DNA from: an uncultured Spirochaetales bacterium
Lineage (GTDB): Bacteria; Spirochaetota; Spirochaetia; CAYRYS01
NCBI GenBank assembly: GCA_964428555.1
Contig: CAYRYS010000004.1
Location: forward strand, 1-64,000
DNA length: 64,000 nucleotides
Direction of reading: 5' to 3'
Positions 49,801 through 58,538 of this stretch are shown here, one piece after another; the first letter of the stretch is position 1; every line of letters starts with the position of its first letter. The position numbers were made by a program, and so were the translations under genes. Below the pieces are notes generated by a model, which saw only the letters and a list, made by a program, of their open reading frames with translations, made no database searches and had not been told where the DNA came from.

Positions 49801-50145
49801 GCTGTTTCCAACAGGACCAACTAAGCTGAGAATGTTAAGCTCAGGGGCGCTCATATGAGCTGACATCTGACGCCCCCTAGAATGGGAAGCATCTTTGCAA
49901 AAAAGGCTGTGAAAGAACATCTTCGGAGTTATCCCCCTAGCAAGCATAAGGGCTTTATCTCTATAATGACAATGGAGGTAATCAGCAGGAGCAAGAAACT
50001 GATTCAATACAGCAGAACCTTCATGCCCTGCTCCGGAAACATGGAAAAAAGCTTCCCCACGTTTTGTATACTCAAGTTCAAGCTGGTCAATCACCTTTGC
50101 TGTAAACATATGCAAATAGCTTTTGTATAATTCTCCGGCATTCAT
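46807..50145 (-). CDS. Fusion protein: 2-oxoacid dehydrogenase E1-alpha + E1-beta (TPP-dependent) + lipoyl carrier domain + 3-oxoacyl-ACP synthase III (FabH-like)
   Basis: E1-alpha TPP motif GDGMTQEGEVLEAIAHAVRAELPVLFLIEDNGFAIS. E1-beta LSLFGEDIADPKGDVFGVTRGL...GFIQFADFL. Lipoyl-Lys motif DVLADLEADKAAIELQ. KAS III AYDINAACSGYIYGLQAA, IFGDAATA, LVVPHQANQRIIN, LGNTSSSSIP, AFGGGFTYGAAVL. AAAGGAGCG RBS. Confidence 0.8.
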   Translation of the reverse strand: MNAGELYKSYLHMFTAKVIDQLELEYTKRGEAFFHVSGAGHEGSAVLNQFLAPADYLHCHYRDKALMLARGITPKMFFHSLFCKDASHSRGRQMSAHMSAPELNILSLVGPVGNSALQAAGAAAEIKDNPGAPIVLCSLGDGMTQEGEVLEAIAHAVRAELPVLFLIEDNGFAISTRTGCNTFFHCPSGASDQFYSLPITRVNGRKPESLSAPFQNVVEKMRTNRMPAIVVMETDRLTSHTNADDHTVYRGSDEITAVQQTGDPVANLRNWLVDNGIDEKQIQDDEDSLRKTLREDAKISQLSKEPSPVFTAKAELPADLEDKAIEYRGTDKDRSVTMIEALRTVLDTELEKNKTLSLFGEDIADPKGDVFGVTRGLSSKYPGRVENSPLSEATIAGVTVGRALAGGQPIGFIQFADFLPIAFNQIISEMGSMYWRTDGGWTCPAILMITSGGYKPGLGPFHASSLESIAVHTPGVDVFMPSTAADAAGLLHAALKSKRPTLFFYPKNLLNEKRTATSKDIEKQIVPIGSARIVTQGDDITLAGWGNTVGLCEKAASALQEAGILAEVIDMRSLSPLDADTVIQSCRKTGHLIISHEDNISCGVGSELAALVAESGVNAKISRVARGDTYVPCNFANQLEVLPSYKRLLEESLRMLGGSVTWEKQDEESSGIQKIEAIGSSPSDETIIIIEWKVKPGDEISEGDVLADLEADKAAIELQASVSGTVEEIFHPDGDVVDVGTPIASVRTIGEVSLKPVTSENPGTPVISITKPEKPSSNAVTAVDDADRSRVAVIAGVCGKTGSRLVTNQEISALCSAWEPKDIVKRTGIQTRYWVENGESALSLAVDVSKELLAQQQIRPQEIDCIICATGTPESITPSMACRIQYAVSNDSDLECQAYDINAACSGYIYGLQAAYDVCRSNPDAKVLLVTTETLSCKLDASDPGTAPIFGDAATATLVLGKNHQARGKWWIHRPVTSAKGEDGSSLFVPLLNENTVKMEGTKVFLEAVAAMRKMLITACENSEITPDQLDLVVPHQANQRIINAVRQKLKAPKEKVYSNIANLGNTSSSSIPMCLKDILPPQGRYCGLTAFGGGFTYGAAVLEKVETGETD

Positions 50146-50523
50146 AAAAACGCTCCTTTATTAACTATATCTTTTGGTAAAATGAGTCTAGATTCAAACA
50201 CAGAGGCTTTCGCTTTTTTAAATTTCAACTCTTCTCTATTCATCTTTTAGCACATATTAGAGAAACAACAGGCTTAGGTCAAGTTTATTCATAAGCTTCA
50301 ATAATAATTCCAGTGGTGTTTTCATTCTTGACTCTCGCGCATCTTTTTGACTATTGTATTATGAAATCTCATTATTTTCAGATTTTATTAGATTTATTAA
50401 ATGGATGATGTACAATTTAAATAAATTAGAATGAACAGGCAGAAAAATGAAAAAAAGCATTGGATTTGTTCTTTGTATCATAGTATCAGTAATATCCTGT
50501 TATATTGACCCCCACCGCCGGTA

Positions 50524-52071
50524 TTGGGTGTTAATAATTTTGAAGCTAGCGATGGTACATACACAGACCATATCGAGCTAGTATGGGAAGAAGACAAGAC
50601 TTCAACCGTTGATCCATTTGAGTACCATATATATAGGGCTTCAGTAGGGATTGATTTTACAGAAGCCGAATTGATTGGTACAACCTCCGAAAATCTTTTC
50701 AGAGACAATGCAATAGAAATTGGAAGGGTGTATCAATACTACCTTCTTCCAGTAACCAAGGCATATCAAGGAATACCTGAAAAAGACCATGGTTATGCTG
50801 GTTCTGTTGACACTGGTATTCAAAATATCTCAACATCAATTGGGTCCATTGAAGGTGCAGTGGAAATTACTTGGGACCCTATCGCAGGGGCCCGAAGATA
50901 TTATATCTCTCGAAGAGAAGATCCTCAACAGGACTGGAGGTTCATAAGCGAACAAACAATTTGTAAGTATTTTGATACCCAAACTGTAACAGGAAGGGTA
51001 TATGAATACTGTATAGCCCCTGCATTTTCCGAAGGCCTTGGACAATTTAGCAGTCCCCAACAAGGGTACAATATGCTTGGAACAACAAGCGCTCCTTATA
51101 TTGACGCAGCAGCTGGTGATGGTTTTTCATTATTAGTGGACAGTACAGGTAGTATATTTGCGACTGGAAATAATAACTTCTCCCAGACAGGTTTAACCGA
51201 CAGTATTGGATATGATCAGTGGACTAACACAGGGTTAACAGGGATCTGTGACGTAGATGCTGGAAACCAGCACGCAATTGCCTTAGATTCCTCTGGAAAT
51301 GTTTATATTACTGGAGGAAATTACTTCGGTCAGTTAGGTAATGGTTCATATCAGAACATCCAAGGCTGGACAGAAACAGCCCTCCCAGAAACAGTGACTG
51401 CTGTTTTCACGGATTTCTACAGAAGCTTTGCTGCAGACAGTGAAGGCAGACTCTGGGCTTGCGGAAACAATGACACCTATCAAATAAATAATTCAGAGGA
51501 TGAACATATTCTTACCTGGACTGAGGTACTCACACTTTCACAAGGGGTTATTGAACAAGTAATTATAAACGAAGATCGTACTATTGCAGTTACATCAACT
51601 GGAGATGCATACAGCTCAGGGGTTGAAGGATGGGTGAACATCCCAATTTCTCAAACTGTTTCCCAAGCCGCAGAAGGTAATGGTATTGCTCTTTTTCTCC
51701 TCAGTTCAGGAGAAGTATGTTACGAAAATGGAGATCAGCTTACTATTCAAGGACTCACGCCCCCAGTTCAGAGCCTTTTTTCGCATAACAACAGGATTTT
51801 TATTCTTGACGCAAATAACACGTGTTTTGTGAGTGGAGAAAATATACACTACCAATCCGGCCATAATCTTTATGGTTTTGAGAATACGGGATGGCAGATA
51901 ACTCTCTTACCGCAGGAGTGTGTAATCTATGCAAGCTCTGTTGGTGAATATCACACTCTTTTACTCTCACAAGAGCATGGTGTCTTTTATTTTGGCAGAG
52001 GAACAGAAGGAGAATTTGGAGAATGGACAGAAACAAACACAAAAGTACAACAAGGCATTCTTGGCAGGTAA
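50524..52071 (+). CDS. RCC1-repeat beta-propeller surface protein with N-terminal Fn3-like modules; apparently frameshifted at its 5' end (signal peptide in another frame at 50447)
   Basis: Repeated RCC1-like GxNxxGQLG blades (NYFGQLGNGS, GNNNFSQTGL). Fn3-like segments HIELVWEEDK / AVEITWDPIAG. The ORF-track start is TTG. Confidence 0.6.
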   Translation: MGVNNFEASDGTYTDHIELVWEEDKTSTVDPFEYHIYRASVGIDFTEAELIGTTSENLFRDNAIEIGRVYQYYLLPVTKAYQGIPEKDHGYAGSVDTGIQNISTSIGSIEGAVEITWDPIAGARRYYISRREDPQQDWRFISEQTICKYFDTQTVTGRVYEYCIAPAFSEGLGQFSSPQQGYNMLGTTSAPYIDAAAGDGFSLLVDSTGSIFATGNNNFSQTGLTDSIGYDQWTNTGLTGICDVDAGNQHAIALDSSGNVYITGGNYFGQLGNGSYQNIQGWTETALPETVTAVFTDFYRSFAADSEGRLWACGNNDTYQINNSEDEHILTWTEVLTLSQGVIEQVIINEDRTIAVTSTGDAYSSGVEGWVNIPISQTVSQAAEGNGIALFLLSSGEVCYENGDQLTIQGLTPPVQSLFSHNNRIFILDANNTCFVSGENIHYQSGHNLYGFENTGWQITLLPQECVIYASSVGEYHTLLLSQEHGVFYFGRGTEGEFGEWTETNTKVQQGILGR

Positions 52072-53174
52072 AAAGCTGTATATATTTGTTTCTCGTAAGT
52101 GGCTTCTTACTGTTTTTTAACTCATGCTACATTGCATTCTTTTCACCACCAAATGGTGAAAATATAGAGTTTATTGAAACAATAGATTTATATGACTATC
52201 AGACAGATATCTCCTTTCCAATGGAGTATTCTCAAGGATATCTTACATTCAGGACTAGTTTAGATAATCTATTATTCGTAGATATCGAAAACTATTCAAC
52301 TACCCAGCTCCACGAAGGAATTTCGAATTTCTATTCAGTCATAGTAGAGGATAATACCGCATATATTACAAGTGATCGAAGCCTCATCACATACCATATC
52401 AACAATGAAATAACGACTCTCAGGGAGTACTCAGAAAATATTTTTGATTCATGGATTAATAATACAGCGTTATTTGACGGATCAATAATCTGGGCAAACA
52501 AGGGGTCTGATATAAATGGAATTGGTTCATACTCAATACAAACAAGTACTTTTGAAATGCTTCCTGAATTCCTTCACCAGAATGTACAAGAAGTATATAC
52601 GGATGATACCTATCTTTATGTGCTAACAACAGAGAATTATAACTGGGAGGTGGATGTATACCAAATCGATGATGTAACCCGTAAAATTGCAAGTATACAA
52701 GTTCCTAATGTCATAGAGACATACCGTCCTCTCCCCTACTTCCAAGAAATGAACGATGAGATTGTTCTTCAAACCTCTTACGGCTCAATTTACCATATAA
52801 TTATTGATAATAATACTGTACACCTGAATGAAATAGATGATTCAGTCGCTACTATCGCAGCAATAGTAGAGGATACCATTGTTAGAATAGAAGACTACAC
52901 AATTCGCTGTACAAACCTTGATGGAAGAACTGTGTGGCAGAGAAGCCTTTCAGATGAACTAAGGATGCTATATTATTGCGGTTCTTTTCAAAACCTGTTT
53001 TTATTTTCAGATGGTAAACATTTCAGGTGGTTGGATCAAGAAACAGGTGAAGAATTCGCAGGTCCTGTATTGCAATTTGCAACCTCCTATTCATTTATAG
53101 ACACATTTCAAAATGGAAACCTTATATATATCATCTCTAGAAATAGAATTGATATCTATGAACTAACTCAGTAA
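52023..53174 (+). CDS. Hypothetical lipoprotein / membrane-anchored protein (beta-propeller-like)
   Basis: N-terminal basic region, hydrophobic helix, then a Cys (FLLFFNSC). No catalytic motifs. The start is uncertain because it overlaps the upstream gene by 49 nt. Confidence 0.45.
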   Translation: MDRNKHKSTTRHSWQVKSCIYLFLVSGFLLFFNSCYIAFFSPPNGENIEFIETIDLYDYQTDISFPMEYSQGYLTFRTSLDNLLFVDIENYSTTQLHEGISNFYSVIVEDNTAYITSDRSLITYHINNEITTLREYSENIFDSWINNTALFDGSIIWANKGSDINGIGSYSIQTSTFEMLPEFLHQNVQEVYTDDTYLYVLTTENYNWEVDVYQIDDVTRKIASIQVPNVIETYRPLPYFQEMNDEIVLQTSYGSIYHIIIDNNTVHLNEIDDSVATIAAIVEDTIVRIEDYTIRCTNLDGRTVWQRSLSDELRMLYYCGSFQNLFLFSDGKHFRWLDQETGEEFAGPVLQFATSYSFIDTFQNGNLIYIISRNRIDIYELTQ

Positions 53175-53275
53175 AATACATGCTTTCTCAAATCTGTAGA
53201 AAACTGTTTTGCATTTTTGCTCAAAATAGTTTATAAACTCCAATATACACACTCCCAAATTTGATAGGAGCATCC

Positions 53276-54064
53276 ATGAAACCCTATATTTTACTTTTTT
53301 TGTTTTTACCTGCAATGGTTTTTGCACAAATACAAGTAGAATCTCTACTTGATCAGCTCTCACTCAGTAACCTCCCGGAAAACAGTGAATCAGAATTTAT
53401 TTCTTCTGTGTACCTTTCACCTGAGGCACGGCGTACAGTAAATACACAGCGGAGAGTAACCACAGATTCTAGGCAGTCAAGAATTGTAGTTTCTTCATCC
53501 TCCTTTAACAGCACCACTGTAGTGAATTCCAATTTTCGCTTGGTTAGCTATACACGGTATCATTATGCGCAGGAATTCCAGGAAGCATCTGAGTATAGAA
53601 GGCTGGAAGTGGAAAGGACCAGGATAAATAATTCTAGAAGCGAGTATGCTACCACTGAATACAGGACAAATGGAAGAGAACAGGAGAATACTCAAAGACA
53701 GCCAAATAACTTTTTTCATGCTGTAGAATTGGAACACCTTCTGCTTGCAATGGGCAGGGAGGGTATAACAGAAGCAGTGCTGCTAAAAGTGGGAGAAGGA
53801 GGCCCCTCCGGGGGAGCAAGAATTGAGTATATTCCGCAATGGACCTTTGATCAGGCGCCGGAAGAGTATGACTACCCGGAATTTTTTGAAGAGCTTGCAG
53901 GAAGGGAGCTCATCTGTTACAGAATGAGTTTCCGCGGACTAGCATCTTTAGTTATGGGAGATGCCTTTTATTTTATTTACGATCCGGATGACCTGTCCGA
54001 TATGCTTGCCTACTGGGGAGGACCTCCTGAGAAGTCGGATTACCATTTACGGATCCAGGAATAA
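53276..54064 (+). CDS. Hypothetical secreted protein
   Basis: Signal peptide MKPYILLFLFLPAMVFAQ. ATG 53276 follows an AGGAG RBS, whereas the ORF-track start 53261 is TTG. Confidence 0.5.
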   Translation: MKPYILLFLFLPAMVFAQIQVESLLDQLSLSNLPENSESEFISSVYLSPEARRTVNTQRRVTTDSRQSRIVVSSSSFNSTTVVNSNFRLVSYTRYHYAQEFQEASEYRRLEVERTRINNSRSEYATTEYRTNGREQENTQRQPNNFFHAVELEHLLLAMGREGITEAVLLKVGEGGPSGGARIEYIPQWTFDQAPEEYDYPEFFEELAGRELICYRMSFRGLASLVMGDAFYFIYDPDDLSDMLAYWGGPPEKSDYHLRIQE

Positions 54065-54119
54065 TTATTTTTTGAATTACAGCTTGACAATATGAGAAGA
54101 GCCTCATAAGGTCAAAAGA

Positions 54120-55520
54120 ATGGATGTAATTATACTAGGTGCAAGCGAAGTCGGTTTTCAGCTCGCAAAACAGCTCATTTATGAAAACAGAAAAGTAACA
54201 TTAATTGAAAAACACCCCCAGCGGGCAAAACTCGCATCTTCGCAGCTGGACTGTATGGTTATTAATCAGAGCGGAAACAACCTTGCATTACTTATAAAAG
54301 CAGGCATAAAAGAAGCCCAGTATTTTATTGCAGTAACAGAGTCAGATGAAATAAACATGATCTCCTGCGGCTTGGCAGCAAGCGTGGAAAATAAGCCCAT
54401 AACAATTGCGCGTGTCCGGAATATCGACTATTCCAACAGTGCAGTAATTGAAAACAAGCTTTTCGGAATTGACTATGTGTTTAATCCGGAGATTGAGGCA
54501 GCAAAAGTAATAACCAGATCCATTGAACAAGGTGCAATGAGTAATGTAATGCTCTTTGAAAATGAGAACCTTGAGATGCGGAGTATTGTAATTCGCGATG
54601 GTTCTCCTCTTGTCCATAAGAAGCTTGAGGAACTGAGAAAGGCAATAGATAAGGAATTCCTTATTCCTGTTATCCAACGAAATAATAATTATATTGTACC
54701 CTCAGGAGATACCACAATTGAATATTATGACCTCATATATCTTTTATCTGCAAAGAACGACTTTGAAGATATTCTCCGTTTTTTTGGAATGAAAAAGCGG
54801 GAAATACGCAACATCGCAATTGTAGGCGGAGGAAGGATCGGCAGATATATAATTGAGGCACTCGGTCAGGGGCAGCCCACAGGAAAAAATATCCTCGCAC
54901 GTATTATGAATCTTACAAGACAAAAACGTAAAAAAATCCATATTATTGAGTATGACTATGAACTATGCAAATATCTGACCGAGCGGTTTCCTCATATAGA
55001 TATAACAAATGCTGATGTTTCTGAAGAATCAATTTGGGAAGATGAGATACTTTCAGATTACGATCTGCTTATATCTACTACAGGAAGCCAAGAACTGAAC
55101 ATTATCACATCCATTTATGCCAAGAAAATGAATATTGATAGAACTATCGCAATGGTAAAGAAAAACAGCTACCAAAGCATTGCCAACGAGCTTGGAATCG
55201 ATGTATCAGTAAGCATGAACAACACTCTGGTTAATTCCATTCAAAAGATTATCCGAAAAGGGAATATCCGAAGTGTGCACAATGTATCCGGCAGTTCCTT
55301 TGAAATTCTGGAACTCGTACTGGAAGCCTCCTCCCAAATGTGCAATCAGAAAATTGAAGATATTAAGCTGCCGAAAAATACAATTATTCTCTATATTACA
55401 AGAGAAAGTAAGAATATGATTCCAGGCGGAGACACAGAGCTCACAGCCGGAGACCATATTGTAATTATTACACAGAAGAATACAATTCAAAAAATCGAAA
55501 GGCTGTTTACAGGGCAATGA
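54120..55520 (+). CDS. trkA: Trk potassium-uptake system NAD-binding subunit (two RCK_N + two RCK_C domains)
   Basis: MDVIILGASEVGFQLAKQL and a second Rossmann IAIVGGGRIGRYI. Adjacent to trkH. Confidence 0.85.
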   Translation: MDVIILGASEVGFQLAKQLIYENRKVTLIEKHPQRAKLASSQLDCMVINQSGNNLALLIKAGIKEAQYFIAVTESDEINMISCGLAASVENKPITIARVRNIDYSNSAVIENKLFGIDYVFNPEIEAAKVITRSIEQGAMSNVMLFENENLEMRSIVIRDGSPLVHKKLEELRKAIDKEFLIPVIQRNNNYIVPSGDTTIEYYDLIYLLSAKNDFEDILRFFGMKKREIRNIAIVGGGRIGRYIIEALGQGQPTGKNILARIMNLTRQKRKKIHIIEYDYELCKYLTERFPHIDITNADVSEESIWEDEILSDYDLLISTTGSQELNIITSIYAKKMNIDRTIAMVKKNSYQSIANELGIDVSVSMNNTLVNSIQKIIRKGNIRSVHNVSGSSFEILELVLEASSQMCNQKIEDIKLPKNTIILYITRESKNMIPGGDTELTAGDHIVIITQKNTIQKIERLFTGQ

Positions 55521-56971
55521 TCCACCCCAAAATAGTGCTCCATGTCGTTGCTATCTTCATACTCATACTCTCAGGGTTCCTCCTGGTACCTTTAGCAGTA
55601 AGCCTTATCTATAATGAGCTTGAATGCACGAGGTCATTCGCATATACCATTATCGGCAGCGCTGCTATTGCAGGACTGGTCTTTTTTGTAACTGTGAAAA
55701 AGCGGAATACTAAGATGTCCTTCAAAGACAGCTTTCTCTTAGTAGTCCTTTCATGGATTACCGCATCCCTGGTTGGGGCTTTGCCGTTTGTGCTATCCGG
55801 CGGAATTCCATCATACACGGATGCCTTTTTTGAGACCATGTCAGGGTTTACTACAACCGGGGCATCTATTCTGACTGAAATAGACTCTCTTCCTAAAAGC
55901 CTTTTATTCTGGCGGTCCCTAACTCACTGGCTTGGGGGCATGGGAATTGTTGTACTTACAGTTGCGGTGCTTCCGCTTTTGGGTATTGCTGGTGTCCAGT
56001 TGGTTCAGGCAGAATCTCCAGGGCCGAGCATGGAGAAAATATACCCTAAGATTACCGGAATGGCAAAACTCCTGTGGACAATCTATCTTGGCCTTACAGT
56101 GCTTGAGACAGTACTCCTCATGTTCGGTGGTATGGACTTGTTTAATGCATTGACCCATACCTTTGGTACACTTGCAACAGGGGGCTTTTCTCCCCAGAAC
56201 ACCAGTGTAGGACATTTTGATTCAGCATATATAGATGTAGTAATTACTATATTCATGCTTGCAGCTGGGCTCAACTTTGCTATTTACTACAGGGTATTTC
56301 TTGGGAAATTCTCTGAAATTAAGAAAAACACTGAGATGAAGGCATATCTTGCAATATTCGTTATTGCCACAGTGCTGACTTGCATACCTCTGGTTGGTTC
56401 TGTGTATCCGGATCTTTGGCAGAGTCTGCGCTTCTCAGGCTTTCAAGTTGCGTCAATACTTACAACAACCGGTTATGCAACAGCTGACTTTGATACATGG
56501 CCCGGCTTCTCTAAATTTGTATTATTCGCTCTCATGTTTATCGGCGGGTCAGCAGGTTCCACTGGAGGCGGAATAAAGGTAATCCGTATTGTGACAATCT
56601 TCAAACAGAGTATTATTGAGTTAAAATACCTGATATTCCCCAGAAAGGTATTCAAGGTACATATTAACAAGGGACCGGTACGTAAAGACTTTATTTACAC
56701 AGTGTTTGGTTTTGTTTTTTTGTATTTTCTTATGCTCATGATAACAACCGGAGTTGTAGCCTCAGGCGGATACGAGATCCTCACTTCCTTTACCACAGCC
56801 CTGGCAACTGTCGGCAATATCGGCCCTGGTTTCGATTTAATCGGTCCTGCGCAAAACTATGCATTTTTCCCAGGATACATAAAGTGGTTTCTAAGCCTTG
56901 CAATGATGGTGGGCAGGCTGGAAGTTTACACAGTACTGGTAATATTTACCGGCTTTTTCTGGAAACGGTAA
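55517..56971 (+). CDS. trkH: Trk/Ktr potassium transporter membrane subunit
   Basis: Selectivity-filter-like repeats SGFTTTGASIL, LATGGFSP, TTTGYATA, GGSAGSTGGGIKVIR. The ATG overlaps the trkA stop (ATGA). Confidence 0.85.
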   Translation: MIHPKIVLHVVAIFILILSGFLLVPLAVSLIYNELECTRSFAYTIIGSAAIAGLVFFVTVKKRNTKMSFKDSFLLVVLSWITASLVGALPFVLSGGIPSYTDAFFETMSGFTTTGASILTEIDSLPKSLLFWRSLTHWLGGMGIVVLTVAVLPLLGIAGVQLVQAESPGPSMEKIYPKITGMAKLLWTIYLGLTVLETVLLMFGGMDLFNALTHTFGTLATGGFSPQNTSVGHFDSAYIDVVITIFMLAAGLNFAIYYRVFLGKFSEIKKNTEMKAYLAIFVIATVLTCIPLVGSVYPDLWQSLRFSGFQVASILTTTGYATADFDTWPGFSKFVLFALMFIGGSAGSTGGGIKVIRIVTIFKQSIIELKYLIFPRKVFKVHINKGPVRKDFIYTVFGFVFLYFLMLMITTGVVASGGYEILTSFTTALATVGNIGPGFDLIGPAQNYAFFPGYIKWFLSLAMMVGRLEVYTVLVIFTGFFWKR

Positions 56972-57071
56972 AATTGAAAGAAAGGCTTTATCAGCTTTCT
57001 TAGCTCCATAAGCATCCATTCAGTATTCTCATCATAATACACAGATTTTTCTATCATTATCATATTCTAAT

Positions 57072-57384
57072 GTCTTACAAAGCGTACAGAGCATGATCTA
57101 AACAGAATTGCAGAAAGCAATGAAAATAATAATTTTGAGGTCTCTACAACTAAGATCACCATTTCCGCCACTTCAGATGAAGGAGATCTAACCAATCTGA
57201 CTAGTCAGGCAGGCGATGGGGAGGTAACATTAACATGGACCGATCCCACAGATTCATTATACACACAAATCGAAATAACCTGGACTCCAGGAGGGACTGC
57301 TGGAGCTACAGTTCTTCCTAATTCCAGCTTTTATATAGTAGGAAACTTGACCAACGGTATACAATACCAATTTAAACTATAGAC
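57072..57384 (+). pseudogene. Remnant of a fibronectin-type-III surface-protein gene (no start codon, in-frame TAG)
   Basis: Frame translation ...TSDEGDLTNLTSQAGDGEVTLTWTDPTDSLYTQIEITWTPGGTAGATVLPNSSFYIVGNLTNGIQYQFKL*TKDTTGNTSNGVSISAVP is a classic bacterial Fn3 module interrupted by TAG. An upstream in-frame TAA means no initiation codon is available. Confidence 0.4.
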
Positions 57385-57487
57385 AAAAGACACCACAGGC
57401 AATACATCCAACGGTGTATCTATCAGCGCTGTACCGCAAGCCTCGCTTCCTGGTACTAATCCTGTCTATGGTTCCCTACCTATATTT

Positions 57488-57511
57488 CCGCCCTGTAATG
57501 GGGCGGTTTTT
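57488..57511 (+). terminator. Rho-independent terminator (CCGCCC-N7-GGGCGG + TTTTT)
   Basis: 6-bp GC stem at 57488..57493 / 57501..57506, 7-nt loop, T5 tract at 57507..57511. The T tract overlaps the stop codon of the convergent minus-strand permease gene. Confidence 0.55.
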
Positions 57512-58524
57512 CATTCCCACTTAAAAAGGGCAGATGCGATAAGAACAAAAAGCACTGTCTCTCCGCCGAGGACAGCAAGGTTTGGAGCTATTTCCAAAAG
57601 CCCTGCTCCGTCGAGCATAACAGCTCTGGCTGCTTGAATAAAATGGGTCAAAGGAAAAATATAGGAAACCCTTTGCATTATCTCCGGTGTACCCTCAAGG
57701 GAAAAGAAAACACCTGAAAACACAATCATTGGCCATAGTGCAAGGTTCATTACTCCAGATGCAAGTTCCTCGCTTTTTATGCGCGCTGCAAATATCAGGC
57801 CGAAAGAGATAAGACAGAGAATGGAAAGAAAGGTAATGAGTATCAGGGTAATGTATGAGCCGAGCATGAGAAAGTTCAGAAAGAAGTTGCTCGCAGTAAA
57901 GACAAACACAGAGGTTATCATCACAATAATAAGCCTGGATATTACCTGGGCACTGACAAATTCCACCGGCTTAACAGGGGTTGCCTTCAGCCGCTTTAAA
58001 ACACCGTTTTTTCTGTACCGCACAAGCACAAAGCCTACACCAAAGAGGCTTGAGAACATCATGTTCATGCCTATTACACCGGGAACAAGCCAATCCACAT
58101 AGCGTATGGGCCTGCCTGAAACAGTCTGCTGCTCAAAACCGGGCACTCCCTGAGCCTCTCCATTGAGCCGAGAGCTGCGGAAAAGCTCTTCCACAACCCT
58201 GCTTGCGGGAGCTTCCTGGCTGACATAATACTCGTTATCCGAAAAATTGATGAAAAAATCTATCTGATGGTGGCGCAGCCTGGAGATTGGTGTTTCCACT
58301 GAGTCGTAGGAAATAAAATCCAGGTGTTCTGAATCGAGAAAGCGGAAATCCGCTGGCGGCTCTCCATAGTAGCCGACCATATATTGGGCATCCTCCTGGC
58401 CTGAAAACGCAAAGGCAAACCCGAATACAAGAAAAAAGGGAAAGAGGATGTTCCAAAACAAAGTACCCCGGTCCCGTACAAACTCCATGTTTCTGGCGTG
58501 TATCATTGCAAGCATCTTTTTCAT
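57511..58524 (-). CDS. ABC-2 type transporter permease
   Basis: 337 aa with 6 TM helices and ABC-2 family topology. Immediately downstream of its cognate ATPase. Confidence 0.75.
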   Translation of the reverse strand: MKKMLAMIHARNMEFVRDRGTLFWNILFPFFLVFGFAFAFSGQEDAQYMVGYYGEPPADFRFLDSEHLDFISYDSVETPISRLRHHQIDFFINFSDNEYYVSQEAPASRVVEELFRSSRLNGEAQGVPGFEQQTVSGRPIRYVDWLVPGVIGMNMMFSSLFGVGFVLVRYRKNGVLKRLKATPVKPVEFVSAQVISRLIIVMITSVFVFTASNFFLNFLMLGSYITLILITFLSILCLISFGLIFAARIKSEELASGVMNLALWPMIVFSGVFFSLEGTPEIMQRVSYIFPLTHFIQAARAVMLDGAGLLEIAPNLAVLGGETVLFVLIASALFKWE

Positions 58525-58538
58525 AGGTATTCCTCTTT

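Noticed and set aside
56972-57010. Possible hairpin AAGAAAGGC-tttatca-GCTTTCTT after trkH
   Set aside because: The stem is A/U-rich with a bulge, and no U tract follows.
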